The notes under the pieces were generated by a model, which was not told the DNA's origin, made no database searches, and saw only the letters and a program-made list of their open reading frames with translations. From Octopus bimaculoides (Eukaryota), in the NCBI RefSeq assembly GCF_001194135.2, contig NC_068983.1, positions 149,088,331-149,126,044 on the forward strand: a stretch of DNA of 37,714 nucleotides. The letters are read 5' to 3'. This document shows, piece after piece, positions 37,126-37,714 of this stretch; within the stretch, counting starts at the first letter, position 1; each line of letters opens with the position of its first letter. The translations under genes and the position numbers were made by a program.

Positions 37126-37714
37126 ACACATATAGTAACCAGTTTGATAATGCGACGTTCGTGCCTTCCTACTGCTGGTCAGGGCAGAGGAAATAAAGGA
37201 TTCACAATTTATTTTCTTTGAATTATGTAAGGGAGAGAAGACCTCTTTCTTAGCTGTTGGACTTTTTTTAGTTGAGTTAGATATGCGTGTCTGTGTGCGC
37301 ACGCGCGTGTGTGCGTGCTAGTGTGTGTGTGTATGTTGTAATATGGTTAGTATTTACTTCCTATTATTGTTTTTAACCCCGGATCAGTCTTGGATAAATA
37401 AACATAATATCAATGATGTTCTATCTGTGAACAACCAATATTGTTTTCAAGTAAGCATACTGTATAGAGGACTACATTGTGCAACATATTTCTTGAGCAA
37501 TTTGATATCAATTTCGTTGGAAGAGCCCAAGCCAAGCAGCCACAAACAGGTGCCTTATTCTCCTGGTTCGATGCTTTCAGAAAACATTCAATGAAATAAT
37601 ATGAATAGATAATAAACAATGACCAATTCAGTAATATATTTCCCTCCGCAGCAAATTCTGATGAAGCACACAGACAATCGGGGGTTGGAAAGAGAGAAGA
37701 GTATATATATATAT

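Noticed and set aside
37373-37460. Exon-like segment ending in CAA|gtaagc
   Set aside because: It overlaps a decayed copy of a short interspersed repeat also seen near 10855-10920 and 11103-11160.

Overview
This is AT-rich, repeat-dense animal genomic DNA with six assembly gaps, most of them next to microsatellites or SINEs. The SINE families and (TG)n/(TACA)n/(TAA)n density suggest a coleoid cephalopod such as Octopus; that is inference from recognition, not a database result. No intact protein-coding gene is visible, and most ORFs in the track are microsatellite or N-gap artefacts. Decayed mobile elements include an RTE LINE fragment, two R4/Dong-type non-LTR elements, a near full-length CR1-type ORF2, a Penelope-like GIY-YIG fragment, a Chapaev3-like transposase, mariner termini and many tRNA-derived SINEs, several with clear target-site duplications (TSDs). 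Three stretches have exon-like splice signals and an open frame (best: 1328-1645, minus), so the window may be mostly intronic. The most interesting signals are two minimal hammerhead-ribozyme-like motifs near Penelope-type sequence, a 133-bp near-perfect hairpin, two SINEs with overlapping TSDs inside a CR1, a variably truncated head-to-tail SINE concatemer, a Dong element sitting in a (TAA)n tract, and a (TTAGGG)4 run where a SINE breaks off.
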